Shown: piece after piece, positions 10,353-22,087 of the stretch
Position numbering within the stretch: position 1 is the first letter of the stretch
How the letters are laid out: each line of letters begins with the position of its first letter
Translations under genes and position numbers: made by a program
Assembly: GCA_934121925.1 (NCBI GenBank)
Contig: CAKOVK010000009.1
Coordinates: forward strand, 1-32,000
DNA length: 32,000 nucleotides
Direction: 5' to 3'
DNA from: an uncultured Clostridia bacterium
GTDB taxonomy: Bacteria; Bacillota; Clostridia; TANB77; CAG-508
The notes under the pieces: generated by a model
Told to the model about the DNA's origin: nothing
The model's input: the letters and a program-made list of their open reading frames with translations, nothing else
Databases searched by the model: none

Positions 10353-10391
10353 AAAAATAGAGGAAGATTTAAATCTTCCTCTATTTTTTTA
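10352..10391. terminator. Bidirectional intrinsic terminator between convergent genes
   Basis: Stem TAGAGGAAGATTT/AAATCTTCCTCTA flanked by an A-run and a T-run. Confidence 0.75.
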
Positions 10392-11576
10392 GTTTGTTAC
10401 TATTACTGTATTAATATAATTAATGTATTCATTTAGTTCAATTTCTGTATTTTCTATTTCAACATAATATGTTTTTTCTTTAGAACTTGATATCTTAGTA
10501 TATATTTTATCTAAATTACAATCTATTATTATTTTTCCTGTACTTAAACTTACAATTCCATATTTGTTATTTTTTGCTACAACCAAACCTGTTTCATTGC
10601 TTTTTAAATTTTCTATTATAAGCGTTGGTTGTGTCAAATTAGTTTTTTCACTATATCCAATTTTATCATATTCTATATTTATTACTATATTTCCATTTTT
10701 ATCTATAATTCCATATTTATTACTCATTTTTACAGCATATAAAAGTGGAGAATAATTAATTATAGTTATATATTCATATTTAGGCTCTACTATAGTTTTT
10801 CCTTCTTTTGATATTATACCATATTTATCATCATTAGAAACTATAAAGTTTTGTGAATACTCATTAAATATTATTTCTGTATATTTATATCCTATTAGTA
10901 GATTTTTGTTTAAGTCAATAACTCCCATTTTATTATTTTCATCTGATACAATCATCATATTATATAATAAAGCTTTTTGGTTGTTCGTACTGTCATCTAC
11001 TTTTTTCTCTGGCAAATCTTTCTGATATTTGCTTATTAAATAACTATTCGTGTATATCATAATTGTATTTGCTTTTTGAGAAGTCATATATACTAAATCA
11101 CATCCCACATTAAAATCTTCTAATGCTATATATAAACTATTATTTCTTTTTATTATCTTATTTTTCAATTTGTAATATTCTTTACCCAAACTAGAGTTTT
11201 GTTCGGTTTTGCAAATTTGATCACTATCTGCTTCATATTCTATTATTTGTTCTATAGTATCTATATAGGCTTTGTTTCCATTTTCTTCAGACTCTAAATA
11301 TCCACCTTCAAAGTAATCATATGCCACTAATCCTGCAACCTCTTTCATTGATATGTATCTTTTTCCAGTTTCGTCTTGTATTAATAATGTTTGACTTATT
11401 TGACTTTCTTTATCGTTTACAGATAAACTTAATTTTTTAGATACGCTTGATTTTAATGTATATATTAGTACTAATGAAATTATTAATAGTACAATTGAAA
11501 TTGCCAATAATATAAGTACTATTTTTTTTCCTTTTGATTTTTGCGGTTTTACTGTTTCTTGACCTAATAAATCCAT
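10389..11576 (-). CDS. Membrane-anchored WG (KWG-type) repeat protein
   Basis: ORF 10389..11576. N-terminal TM helix. Repeated NKYG(I/V)I(D/S)..G..I(I/V)...YD.I units. Confidence 0.6.
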   Translation of the reverse strand: MDLLGQETVKPQKSKGKKIVLILLAISIVLLIISLVLIYTLKSSVSKKLSLSVNDKESQISQTLLIQDETGKRYISMKEVAGLVAYDYFEGGYLESEENGNKAYIDTIEQIIEYEADSDQICKTEQNSSLGKEYYKLKNKIIKRNNSLYIALEDFNVGCDLVYMTSQKANTIMIYTNSYLISKYQKDLPEKKVDDSTNNQKALLYNMMIVSDENNKMGVIDLNKNLLIGYKYTEIIFNEYSQNFIVSNDDKYGIISKEGKTIVEPKYEYITIINYSPLLYAVKMSNKYGIIDKNGNIVINIEYDKIGYSEKTNLTQPTLIIENLKSNETGLVVAKNNKYGIVSLSTGKIIIDCNLDKIYTKISSSKEKTYYVEIENTEIELNEYINYINTVIVTN

Positions 11577-11587
11577 TTCATATCCCC

Positions 11588-12767
<1,180 letters not shown>

Positions 12768-12787
12768 TTATTATTTTAATTTCTTGT

Positions 12788-13813
12788 TTAAATGATTAGC
12801 ATTGCATCGCCGAAAGAAAAGAATCTATACCTTTCTTTTACAGCCTCATTGTATGCTTGCAAAATAAATTCTTTATCTGCTAATGCAGAAACAAGCATTA
12901 ACAATGTAGATTGTGGCAAATGGAAATTAGTAATTAATCCATCTATACATTTAAATTTATATCCTGGGTAAATAAATATTTCTGTATCATCTTCTATTTT
13001 TCTTACTTTGCCTGTTTTCTCATCTGCTACAGACTCTAAAACTCTGCAAGAAGTTGTTCCAACCGCAATTACTCTTCTTCCTTCTTCTTTTGCCTTGTTT
13101 ATTTTGTCTACATCTTCTTGTTTTATATAAAAATGTTCTGAATGCATTTTATGAGCTTCTACTGTATCTTCTTTTACAGGTCTAAATGTTCCTATTCCTA
13201 CATGTAGAGTTACATTTGCAATAATAACTCCTTTTTGCTCTAATTTTTCTAAAAGCTCATCCGTAAAATGGAGACCTGCTGTTGGTGCTGCTGCTGAGCC
13301 GTTATATTTTGCATATACTGTTTGATATCTATCCTTTTCTTTTAATTCTTCATGTATATATGGTGGTAATGGCATTAACCCAATTTTATCTAATATTTCA
13401 TTGAAAATCCCATCATATTCAAATTTAACTTTTCTAGTCCCACCTGGCATAATTTCTAATATTTCTGCTTTTAAAATTCCATCTCCAAAAATAACATTCG
13501 TTCCTACATGAAGTTTATTTCCTGGTCTTACTATGCTTTCCCAAATATCTCCTTCTATATTATTTAGTAATAGGAATTCAACATTTGCTCCTGTTTCTTT
13601 TTTACCGTAAATTCTAGCAGGTATTACTTTTGTATTATTTCTAACTAATACATCTCCTGGCTTTAAATACTCTATAATATCTCTAAATACTTTATGTTCA
13701 ATTGTTCTTTTCTCTCTATCTAACACCATAAGTCTTGATTCATCTCTTTTTTCTATTGGAGTTTGAGCTATCAATTCTTCTGGTAAATTGTAATTAAAAT
13801 CTGATACTTTCAT
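12788..13813 (-). CDS. queA: S-adenosylmethionine:tRNA ribosyltransferase-isomerase
   Basis: ORF 12788..13813, intact. N-terminus [31 protein letters not shown]. Confidence 0.92.
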   Translation of the reverse strand: MKVSDFNYNLPEELIAQTPIEKRDESRLMVLDREKRTIEHKVFRDIIEYLKPGDVLVRNNTKVIPARIYGKKETGANVEFLLLNNIEGDIWESIVRPGNKLHVGTNVIFGDGILKAEILEIMPGGTRKVKFEYDGIFNEILDKIGLMPLPPYIHEELKEKDRYQTVYAKYNGSAAAPTAGLHFTDELLEKLEQKGVIIANVTLHVGIGTFRPVKEDTVEAHKMHSEHFYIKQEDVDKINKAKEEGRRVIAVGTTSCRVLESVADEKTGKVRKIEDDTEIFIYPGYKFKCIDGLITNFHLPQSTLLMLVSALADKEFILQAYNEAVKERYRFFSFGDAMLII

Positions 13814-13828
13814 TGTTGTCCCTTCCTT

Positions 13829-15170
13829 TTATTTTTTTCCAAACATACTAAATATATTTTCTAATAAAGCTTTTACTTCTTCTATAATGTTTTGTGGTTC
13901 ATTAAAAAATTCTATTTCCATACTATATTTAAAATCACTTTCTGCTGGTGGAGTCAATGTATATACTATTTCATTTAGTCCTATTTTTGTTCCATCATTT
14001 GCTTTGATATTGCATCTCATATAATCACTGTACCAATTTTTTAGACCTATTAATCTTTCTTCGCTATATCCATATTTTTTATAATCATGTAAATTAGGAA
14101 TATCGTAATTTCTTTCTTTTAATATTCTTTCTAATGAATGTAAAAACTCATGTATGAACACTTCTTCTGGGAACGTATTTATGTATGAATTATATGTATA
14201 TATATAACTAGATTTGTCATTTGGTAATCTTATATTTGAGTACCCTATGCCATTTAAATCCATTCCTCCGAAGCCCTATCCAATCATTTACAGGAATCTC
14301 TACATTTTCATATTTATCCCCTAATCTAACTGCTACAAATATATAATCATATTCCTCTTTTTTTAAGTATTCTTTTATAATTTCTTGTACATCTGATGGG
14401 TCCAAATAGTATGCAAATTCTTCTGAATATGTAACACTTTCAACCGGTTCATCTATCTCATATATATCGTAATCTACTGTCATTTTTTTGTTTGATAATT
14501 CTTCTGCGGCAATTTTGAACCTTTCCATATTTTCTTTCATATCTTGTATATCTTCTATTCCCATATTAAGTTTAACATTTTGGTTATCTATATTTACATT
14601 AACATTTTTTATTATAAAACATGCAATATTCCAGTTATTAGAATTATCTTTGATTCCCTGTTCTAATTTAAAGTCTGAAAACCATGCTGTGCCTTTTGTT
14701 TTTGTATTATTTCCACCCAGTCTAAATCCAATTTCTATTTCTTCTCTGTTTTTCGAATCAAATATAAATTCTAACTTTTGCCAATCATTTGTACCTATTA
14801 TACTTTCTGAGCATTCGGTTGTGTCATATATTGAAATTTGCGCTCCTCCATTATTTTTTCCACTTTCATTTATTACATTCTCTGTTTTTACCATACAAGT
14901 AAGTTTATATGGAGTATTTTGTTTTACTTTTATCTTTTTGTAAAATATAGCATCATTAAAATTTTGTGATTCAATTTTATAACTATTTTCGTCTGTAATC
15001 TTCTCCACATTGTCTCTAGTGAATTTAGTAGTCCTAATTATATTTTCAGCCTTTATAAATTCATTGTAGTTGTATTTCTTATATACTCCATATAATTTGA
15101 TTAGAATAAAAAAAACAATTATAAAAAAGATTATATCTATTATTTTAGCACCTACACTTTTTTTAGCCAT
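13829..15170 (-). CDS. Membrane-anchored protein with a carbohydrate-binding-module-like beta domain and a C-terminal HExxH (HEFLH) putative metallopeptidase domain. Frame interrupted at one in-frame CGG (14268-14270).
   Basis: ORFs 14217..15170 and 13829..14263 join as ...VNDWIGL-G-GMDLNGIGYSN. Has an N-terminal TM helix and the motif FIHEFLHSLE. Confidence 0.65.
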
Positions 15171-15360
15171 TTATTCCTCCATATTTTTTATTAGTTTTTT
15201 TATCATCTTTAAGGCTTTTGGTCTTTCTACTATTATTACATGCCTACATCCGCATACATTTAAATTTAAAATCCACACCTACACGTGTAATTTGCCATAG
15301 TTTGCTTCCACATGGGTGTTGTTTTTTTAATTCTACAATATCTCCTATTTTGTATTCCAT
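15171..15360 (-). CDS. DUF951-like small protein. Frame interrupted at one in-frame CGG (15250-15252).
   Basis: Not in the ORF track. MEYKIGDIVELKKQHPCGSKLWQITRVGVDFKFKCM-G-CRHVIIVERPKALKMIKKLIKNMEE. The stop overlaps the next gene's RBS and ATG. Confidence 0.65.
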
Positions 15361-15816
15361 AGATTATCCCCTTTTGTAATTTGTTGCTCTTTTATTAGCT
15401 ATATGTTAGACGGATTATAAATTTAAACTGTCTCATCCTTTGTCGGATTAATGAAAAATTTATTTTTCATTAATTTGTTCAAAGATAACACTATTAATTT
15501 TTACAAACAATGCGTCGACAGCCCTTTGAGGCGGGGGAATACCCGTGAGCTTGGAGACCATTGTTTTTAAAATTAATATGTTATCTTATATAATTAATCT
15601 AATAAAAATTAAAATATAAAAAATTCCAAAAATTGCTCGGTCATGTCGCTTTCGTAGAAATTGTAAATCTTCTCTCTTCGCAGCGCCCTCATTAAAAACG
15701 AGATTCCCTACTCATATAGAAGAACAATTTCTACCTCAAGCTCAATCCATTCGCAACCTTTTTTCCATTTTTAATATTTTAATTTTTTTAAATAATTTAC
15801 TAACTCAAATTCCAAT
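15361..15816. repeat. About 450 bp of structured noncoding sequence. It holds a ~30-bp imperfect inverted repeat (15482-15512 / 15559-15588) around a 46-nt GC-rich core. The right 110 bp duplicates window nt 1-110.
   Basis: No ORF on either strand. Inverted repeats and the duplication read directly. AAATTGTAA/TTGTAATTTG motifs at 15375 and 15658. Confidence 0.7.
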
Positions 15817-17466
15817 TTAGCTTATAAAACTTTGAATTCTTTTTTCTACTTCTTCTTTTCCTAATACTTGCATTATTTCGTATAAATCTGGTGTGTTATG
15901 TCTTGTTGTTAATGCTACTCTTATTACTGTACTAATGTCTCCTACATGTCCTTTATAGTTTTCTGGATTTTGTTTAAATTCTTTTACTTCTCTTGCATAT
16001 CCATGTTCTTCTGCTAAATCTTTCATTTTATTAAACCATGTTTCTTTATCATCTGCTATATCAAAATGTTTTTCTATATATGATTTTAATATATTCTTTA
16101 TTTCTTCTTTGTCTTCTATTTTTTGAAATTCATAGTTATCCATTTTTTCAAAAATATCATTGTACATATACTCTATGCTTGCTTTTACATCTGACCATTT
16201 TGCAATATCTTTTCTAGGTTTTGCTTTACCTCTTTCTATGTTTAATACTTTTATAGAATATTCTTCATTTTCTTTTAATAAATTTGCAAATTCTTTATCG
16301 TATTTATTTGCCCATTCTAATGTTTCTTTATATATTTTTTCTCCACTGTATTTAGATATTACATTCTTAGAAACATCTAAAAGTTTTACCATATCAAAAA
16401 CAGCTCCACTTACGCTCATTTTATTTAATTGCAACTCGAATTCAGATATATTTTTATCTGGATTTGCTCTTCTCCAAGGCTCAAAAGTAGAGTTTGCTAT
16501 ATTTAATAAATATTCTACAACTGCATCTGCTGGAATTCCTTGTTCATGATAGTAACTTACTGCTGCTTCTGGATCTTTTCTTTTACTAATTTTTCTTTTA
16601 CTTCCATTATCATCTTTCATTATTGTTGCTGTATGAGCATATTTAGGTGGTTTAAATCCTAATGCTCTAAATAATTCTAAATGTAATGGTAAAGAAGATA
16701 CCCATTCATCTCCTCTTATTACTTGTGTTACCCTCATTAAATGATCATCTACTGCATGTGCAAAATGGTATGTTGGAAGTCCATCTGCTTTTATAATTAC
16801 TATATCTTGATCATTTTCTGGGAATTCTATATTACCTTTTATGCTATCTTTATGTTTTATTCTTCTGTCTTCTCTTCCCATAGATTTGAATCTTATAATA
16901 TACTTGTCCCCATTTTTTATCTTTTCTACTGCTTGTTCAACAGGAAGTGTTCTATATTTTGCCCATATACCATAGTATCCTGGTCTTATTTTTGCTGCTT
17001 CTTGTTTTGTTCTAATTTCATCTAGTTCTTCTGGTGTGCAAAAACATGGATATGCTAATCCTTTTTTTATTAGGCTTTTTGCATATGCTTCATATATTTC
17101 TTTTCTTTCACTTTGTTTATATGGTCCATAATTTCCTATTTCTTCTGTTTCAGATATTACCCCCTCGTCTGGTGTGATTCCAAAGTCTTTTAATCCATTT
17201 ACTATTTGCTCTACTCCATTTTCTATTTCTCTTTTTTGGTCTGTATCTTCTATTCTTAGTATAAATACACCTTTTGATTGTTCTGCCAATTTTCTATCTA
17301 CTATGCTTCCAAAAAGTCCACCTATATGTATAAAACCTGTTGGGCTTGGAGCAAATCTAGTTACCATTGCGCCTTCTTCTAAATTTCTTTCTGGATATTT
17401 TTCTTCATAATATGAAATATCCTTTGCATTTGGAAATATAAGTTCTGCTAAATCGTTAAAATCCAT
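15817..17466 (-). CDS. gltX: Glutamate--tRNA ligase
   Basis: ORF 15817..17466. RFAPSPTGFIHIGG (HIGH) and KISKRK (KMSKS) motifs. Confidence 0.93.
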   Translation of the reverse strand: MDFNDLAELIFPNAKDISYYEEKYPERNLEEGAMVTRFAPSPTGFIHIGGLFGSIVDRKLAEQSKGVFILRIEDTDQKREIENGVEQIVNGLKDFGITPDEGVISETEEIGNYGPYKQSERKEIYEAYAKSLIKKGLAYPCFCTPEELDEIRTKQEAAKIRPGYYGIWAKYRTLPVEQAVEKIKNGDKYIIRFKSMGREDRRIKHKDSIKGNIEFPENDQDIVIIKADGLPTYHFAHAVDDHLMRVTQVIRGDEWVSSLPLHLELFRALGFKPPKYAHTATIMKDDNGSKRKISKRKDPEAAVSYYHEQGIPADAVVEYLLNIANSTFEPWRRANPDKNISEFELQLNKMSVSGAVFDMVKLLDVSKNVISKYSGEKIYKETLEWANKYDKEFANLLKENEEYSIKVLNIERGKAKPRKDIAKWSDVKASIEYMYNDIFEKMDNYEFQKIEDKEEIKNILKSYIEKHFDIADDKETWFNKMKDLAEEHGYAREVKEFKQNPENYKGHVGDISTVIRVALTTRHNTPDLYEIMQVLGKEEVEKRIQSFIS

Positions 17467-18584
17467 ATTTTTTTATTACTCCCTTCATTTTATCTTCTTG
17501 CTCTTCCATTTGTTTTAATAGTTCTAATTGTGCTTTTGCTCTTATTAAATTATGATTTTCTATATTTTTGTCTACTGCAAAATATGTATCGCCATTTAAA
17601 TAATCTGCTAAAAATCTTATACCGTTTTCATAAGTCATCATCCAAACTCCGAAGTGGCAAAGTTTCCAATTCTTCTTGTGTAATTGTGTCTTTAAGTTCA
17701 CTTAAGAATCCTTTAGTATATGCTTCAAATCTATTTATATCTATTTTAATTTTGTCTAAATCTTGTTCATCTTCTTTTGCTGTTGTAATTCCTGTTCTTA
17801 GTCCTTCTCCAAAATCATATGCTAATGCTCCAGGCATTACAGTATCTAAATCTATTAAGCATACAGCTTTATCTGTATCTTTATCAAATAATATATTGCT
17901 AAGTTTTGTATCATTATGCGTAACTCTTAAAGGTATTTCTTTATTTTCTAATTTTTTTGTAATTATATTTGTTTTATTTAGTCTTTTTTCATCTGTAACA
18001 AAATTAATTACTTCTTTAGCTAATTCAAACCTTTCTTTCCTTTGAGATAAGTTTTCTTCATTTGAAAGTGCTTCTCTTAATTGTTCTACTCTATTTGGTG
18101 TATAATGAAATTTAGGTATTATTTCATATAGTTCATCCGCTGGGAATCCATGTAAATGCTTTTGAAATTTTCCTGCTGCTTTCCCTGCTTCTGAAAGTAT
18201 TTCCATATCTTCAGTAGTTAAATATGTTTTAGTATTATCTATAAATTCTTCCATTCTCCAATTGTCTTTGTATAAGCCATTTGGATTTTCATCTATTGGA
18301 TCTATCATCTTTATAGTAAGCCTATCTGTTGTTTCTCCCTTTTCTTCCGCTTTTTTACTCATATAGCTTGTTACTTTTTTTATGTTTTCCATAAGCTCTG
18401 GTAAATTTGGAAATACATTTGTATTTACATATTGAAGGATATATTTTTTTGTCTCTCCATTTTCTTTTTTGTATTTTATTGCATAGGTTTTATTTATATG
18501 TCCACTATTGCATTTTTCCAATTCTATTGGAGTTCCATCAATTTTAAAATTTTTTGCTATATTAATTAATTTTTCCTTATTCAT
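17456..18584 (-). CDS. Phosphotransferase-family kinase (APH/N-acetylhexosamine-kinase-like). Frame interrupted at one in-frame CGG (17649-17651).
   Basis: ORFs 17628..18611 and 17456..17701 join as ...ELETLPL-G-VWMMTYENGIRFLADYL. Motifs HNDTKLSNILFD and IDLDTVMPG. Start MNKEK at 18584 follows AGAGGTG. Confidence 0.7.
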
Positions 18585-18672
18585 CTTTGCACCTCTTAAT
18601 ACAAAATTCAACTTAATAATTATACTATTTATATACTTAAAAGTAAAGAACCACCGCAGTATCCAGCTATTA

Positions 18673-19218
18673 TTAATTACTTTTCTCTTTAATTAATTTT
18701 TCATAACATTTTCTACATACTGGTATATAATCTTTCTCTCCCACAAGAATATCCCCAGATTTATTCGTTCCTTTATAATATGTATATATTGCATTTTCGT
18801 TTCTGCATACTTCACATACAGCAGTTAACATCTGTACATTATCTGACATACATAAAAGATCTCCCATTTTTCCAAAAGGTTTCCTTTCAGCTGTTAAGTT
18901 TAGTCCTGCTATAAAGAATTTCTTCCCTTTTTGTGCCAAATTATAAAGTTCATCTAAGTTTCCTTTTAAAAATTGAAATTCATCTATAACATATACATCT
19001 GCATCATAGTTTTTTATTTCGCTTATATTATCTATTCCTATTGCATCAGTTTTGTATCCTTTTCTACTTACAACCTCAACATTTGAAAATCTATCGTCTA
19101 TTTTAGGTTTAAAAATTTTTATATTCTTGCCTGCTATTTGTTGTCTTTGTGCTTCATCTAATATTTTCTGTGTTTTTCCACATTTCATAGGTCCTGTAAA
19201 TACATTTATATCTCCCAC
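18673..19218 (-). CDS. tdk: Thymidine kinase
   Basis: ORF 18673..19218. GPMKCGKT P-loop and a C-terminal CxxC...CRKC zinc motif. Confidence 0.92.
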   Translation of the reverse strand: MGDINVFTGPMKCGKTQKILDEAQRQQIAGKNIKIFKPKIDDRFSNVEVVSRKGYKTDAIGIDNISEIKNYDADVYVIDEFQFLKGNLDELYNLAQKGKKFFIAGLNLTAERKPFGKMGDLLCMSDNVQMLTAVCEVCRNENAIYTYYKGTNKSGDILVGEKDYIPVCRKCYEKLIKEKSN

Positions 19219-19376
19219 TTTTATTACATCTCCATTATATTATTTTTCACATTTGTTACTATATTGTATTATAATATATATTATATTTTTTTGTAAATAT
19301 ATTTTGCAATTTTATTGTTCACTATTAATTATAATAGTGAATGTTACGAACAAATTATTAGTGTAATTTCTTTGAA

Positions 19377-19590
19377 GGCGGGCGATTAAAATCGCCCCTA
19401 CAACGTTTGCAATATATTTGGCATTTTGGGCGTATGCAATACGCCCCTACATTATTCAAATTTAAAAATTCTAGGGACAATCCCTAGAATTTTTTTCAGA
19501 TATTTTTTCGGGCAGACACAGAGCCTGCCCCTATATTTTTCCTTGATTCTACGATTGTGTGTCGCCGAGGGTGGCGACCCATACAACGTT
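19377..19590. repeat. Cluster of four GC-rich hairpins (19380-19397, 19428-19446, 19511-19531, 19560-19577), each followed by CC(C)TAYA. An AT-rich terminator hairpin sits in the middle.
   Basis: Stems GGGCGAT/ATCGCCC, GGGCGTAT/ATACGCCC, GGGCAG/CTGCCC and GTCGCC/GGCGAC read directly. Confidence 0.8.
19465..19497. terminator. Bidirectional intrinsic terminator (AAAAATTCTAGGGA-caa-TCCCTAGAATTTTT), probably ending rnj
   Basis: Perfect stem flanked by an A-run and a T-run. Confidence 0.65.
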
Positions 19591-19593
19591 TTA

Positions 19594-21417
19594 TTAAATT
19601 TCCATAATTATTGGTAAAATCATTGGATCTCTTTTTGTTTTCTTATAAATATAATCTCTCAATTCTTCTCTTAGTAATGATTTTATTGTAGACCAATCTG
19701 TTATATGTTTCTCCTCAAATTTTAATATTTCTGCTCTTAATAATTGTTTTATTTCTTCCATTAAATTTTCAGATTCTCTTACATATACAAATCCTCTTGA
19801 AAGAACATCTGGCCCAGCAACAACTGTTCCTGTCACTGAATCCATAGTTAGAACTATTATTATAAGTCCGTCTTGAGATAAACGTTGTCTATCTCTTAAA
19901 ACTATATTTCCGACATCACCAACACCTAATCCATCTACCATTATTTTTCCAACTGGTACTGTTCCAGCAAGCTTAGCTTCATATTCATTTAGTTCTAGTA
20001 CCCTACCATTTGTCATAATGAATATATTCTCTGGATCAACTCCAACTTTTTTTGCTGTTTCACTATGAGCTATTAATTGTCTGTATTCACCATGTACTGG
20101 TATAAAGTATTTTGGTCTTATTAAGCTAATCATCAATTTTTGTTCTTCTTGGCAAGCATGTCCAGAAACATGTATATCTTCTAGTGCATTATAAATTACT
20201 TCTGCTCCAATTTTCATTAAATCATCTATAACTTTAGAAACTGAGTTTTCATTTCCTGGTATTGGGTTTGCAGATATTATAATTAAATCATTTGGAGTTA
20301 TTTGAACTTTCTTATGTTCTCCTGATGCCATTCTTGTAAGTGCTGACATTGTTTCTCCTTGGCTTCCAGTTGTTATTATTGTTAATTTTTCATCTGGATA
20401 TGATTTTATCATATCTATATCTATAAAAACGTTATCTGGAACTTTTATATATCCAAATTTTCTAGCTGTTTCAATAGTATTTACCATACTTCTTCCACAT
20501 ATTGCAACTTTTCTTCCATATTTAACTGCCGAATTAACAATTTGTTGAATTCTATGAACATTTGAAGAGAATGTTGCAACTACAATTCTTTTTGTACAAT
20601 TTATAAATAACTTATCTAGTACTTCCCCAACAGTACTTTCAGACATAGTATAACCTTTTCTTTCTGAATTTGTGCTATCAGACATAAGGGCTAAAACGCC
20701 TTTATTTCCAAGTTCTGCAAGTCTTCCAAAATCGATCATTTCTCCATCTATTGGTGTATAGTCTATTTTAAAATCACCTGTATGCACAACTGTTCCTACT
20801 GGTGTATGAATAGCAAGTGAGCATGCATCTGGTATACTATGTGTAATCCTTATAAACTCTACTTTCATTGAACCTAAGCTTACTGTCTGTCCAGGTGTAA
20901 CTACTTTCAACTTTGCACTTTTTAACAATTTATGTTCTTCTAACTTATGTTCTATTAATCCTATTGTAAGTTTTGTTCCATATATAGGCACATTAAATTG
21001 TTTTAGCAAATATGGTATTGACCCTATATGGTCTTCATGTCCATGTGTTATAACTAATCCCTTTATTTTTTCTTTATTTTTCTCTAAATATGTTAAATCT
21101 GGTATAACTAAGTCTATTCCAAGCATATCATCTTCTGGAAATGCTAATCCACAGTCTACTAATACTATATCATTTTCGTATTCAAATACTGTGATATTTT
21201 TCCCTATTTCCAATAGTCCACCAAGTGGTATTATTTTTAATTTTGATTTTTTAAATTTAAATTGTTCTGTTTGATTTTTTTCTTTGTTTTTTTTCTTTGT
21301 TTTTTTAATTTTTTCTCCTTCCTTATTTACCTTGCTTGTCTTATTTGTCCTTGGTCTATAATTTCTTTTTACTTTTTCTTGCATTTTTTTGTCATTATTA
21401 TTTATAGCTTCTTCCAT
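19594..21417 (-). CDS. rnj: Ribonuclease J with a Lys-rich N-terminal extension
   Basis: ORF 19594..21417. Metallo-beta-lactamase ITHGHEDHIG motif and beta-CASP layout. Confidence 0.9.
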   Translation of the reverse strand: MEEAINNNDKKMQEKVKRNYRPRTNKTSKVNKEGEKIKKTKKKNKEKNQTEQFKFKKSKLKIIPLGGLLEIGKNITVFEYENDIVLVDCGLAFPEDDMLGIDLVIPDLTYLEKNKEKIKGLVITHGHEDHIGSIPYLLKQFNVPIYGTKLTIGLIEHKLEEHKLLKSAKLKVVTPGQTVSLGSMKVEFIRITHSIPDACSLAIHTPVGTVVHTGDFKIDYTPIDGEMIDFGRLAELGNKGVLALMSDSTNSERKGYTMSESTVGEVLDKLFINCTKRIVVATFSSNVHRIQQIVNSAVKYGRKVAICGRSMVNTIETARKFGYIKVPDNVFIDIDMIKSYPDEKLTIITTGSQGETMSALTRMASGEHKKVQITPNDLIIISANPIPGNENSVSKVIDDLMKIGAEVIYNALEDIHVSGHACQEEQKLMISLIRPKYFIPVHGEYRQLIAHSETAKKVGVDPENIFIMTNGRVLELNEYEAKLAGTVPVGKIMVDGLGVGDVGNIVLRDRQRLSQDGLIIIVLTMDSVTGTVVAGPDVLSRGFVYVRESENLMEEIKQLLRAEILKFEEKHITDWSTIKSLLREELRDYIYKKTKRDPMILPIIMEI

Positions 21418-21926
21418 TTATTATTACTTCCTTTCTTTTTTTTAGGTTACGTACAAAATAATTGTTACTAAATATTTATTTTGCCAATTCTATTAAATAT
21501 TTCTAAAACTAATTTTTTTGCTCAACAAAAAATTAGTTTAATAATTTAAACTAATGATTCTTTAACTATATATAATTATATCCCGTTCAATTTTATTTAT
21601 AATTATATTATTATCTATATTTTATTTATAAAATGTATCTATCTCCTAATACTTTTATAATATTACTTTTATTAACGTTATTTTCCGAATCATTATTTAT
21701 TATATACAAAAATCTCATACTTGACCTAGTTTTAGGTACAAACTAAATATTATTATACTATATTTTTTTTGTTCTGTCAAATTTCTGTGTTGTTTGTTAC
21801 CTTAGTTTTTGTACTTTAATGGATAACTAAAATTTATCTTTTCCTTATGTAACACATTTTTTTTAATTGAATAATATATAACATACTAATGAATAAGAAA
21901 TTAAAGTTTAGAAGGGAGTATGCGCC

Positions 21927-22025
21927 ATGAGAAGTTGTTGTTCTTCAAATGATGAAATTTTGTGGTTTATCATTTTATTTTTATTACTTTTCTGTGGATG
22001 TGGTAACAGGGGTTGCTGCTGCTAA
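21927..22025 (+). CDS. Tiny Cys-rich TM peptide MRSCCSSNDEILWFIILFLLLFCGCGNRGCCC (32 aa)
   Basis: Below the ORF-track cutoff. RBS GAAGGGAG upstream of the ATG. Paralogous in style to the next gene. Confidence 0.6.
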   Translation: MRSCCSSNDEILWFIILFLLLFCGCGNRGCCC

Positions 22026-22087
22026 AATCTAGTCCCCTGCTTGACTTTATAGAAGAGTGTGTACTTATTTTGAGGAGGTGAAACATT

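Noticed and set aside
19377-19590. Possible CRISPR array, given clustered short palindromic GC-rich repeats
   Set aside because: The repeat units differ in stem sequence, the spacing is irregular (about 30-70 nt), there are only four units, and there are no cas genes or leader. They are REP-like hairpins instead.
19426-19617. 63-aa plus-strand ORF (…FGQTQSLPLYF…CVAEGGDPYN)
   Set aside because: It is read straight through the GC-rich hairpin repeats and a terminator, so it is an artefact of the repeat composition.
21505-21539. Near-perfect 14-bp inverted repeat (AAACTAATTTTTTG / CAAAAAATTAGTTT) in the long rnj upstream region, as a possible terminator
   Set aside because: No U-run follows it on either strand. 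It may be an operator or leader structure, but nothing in the sequence lets me assign it.
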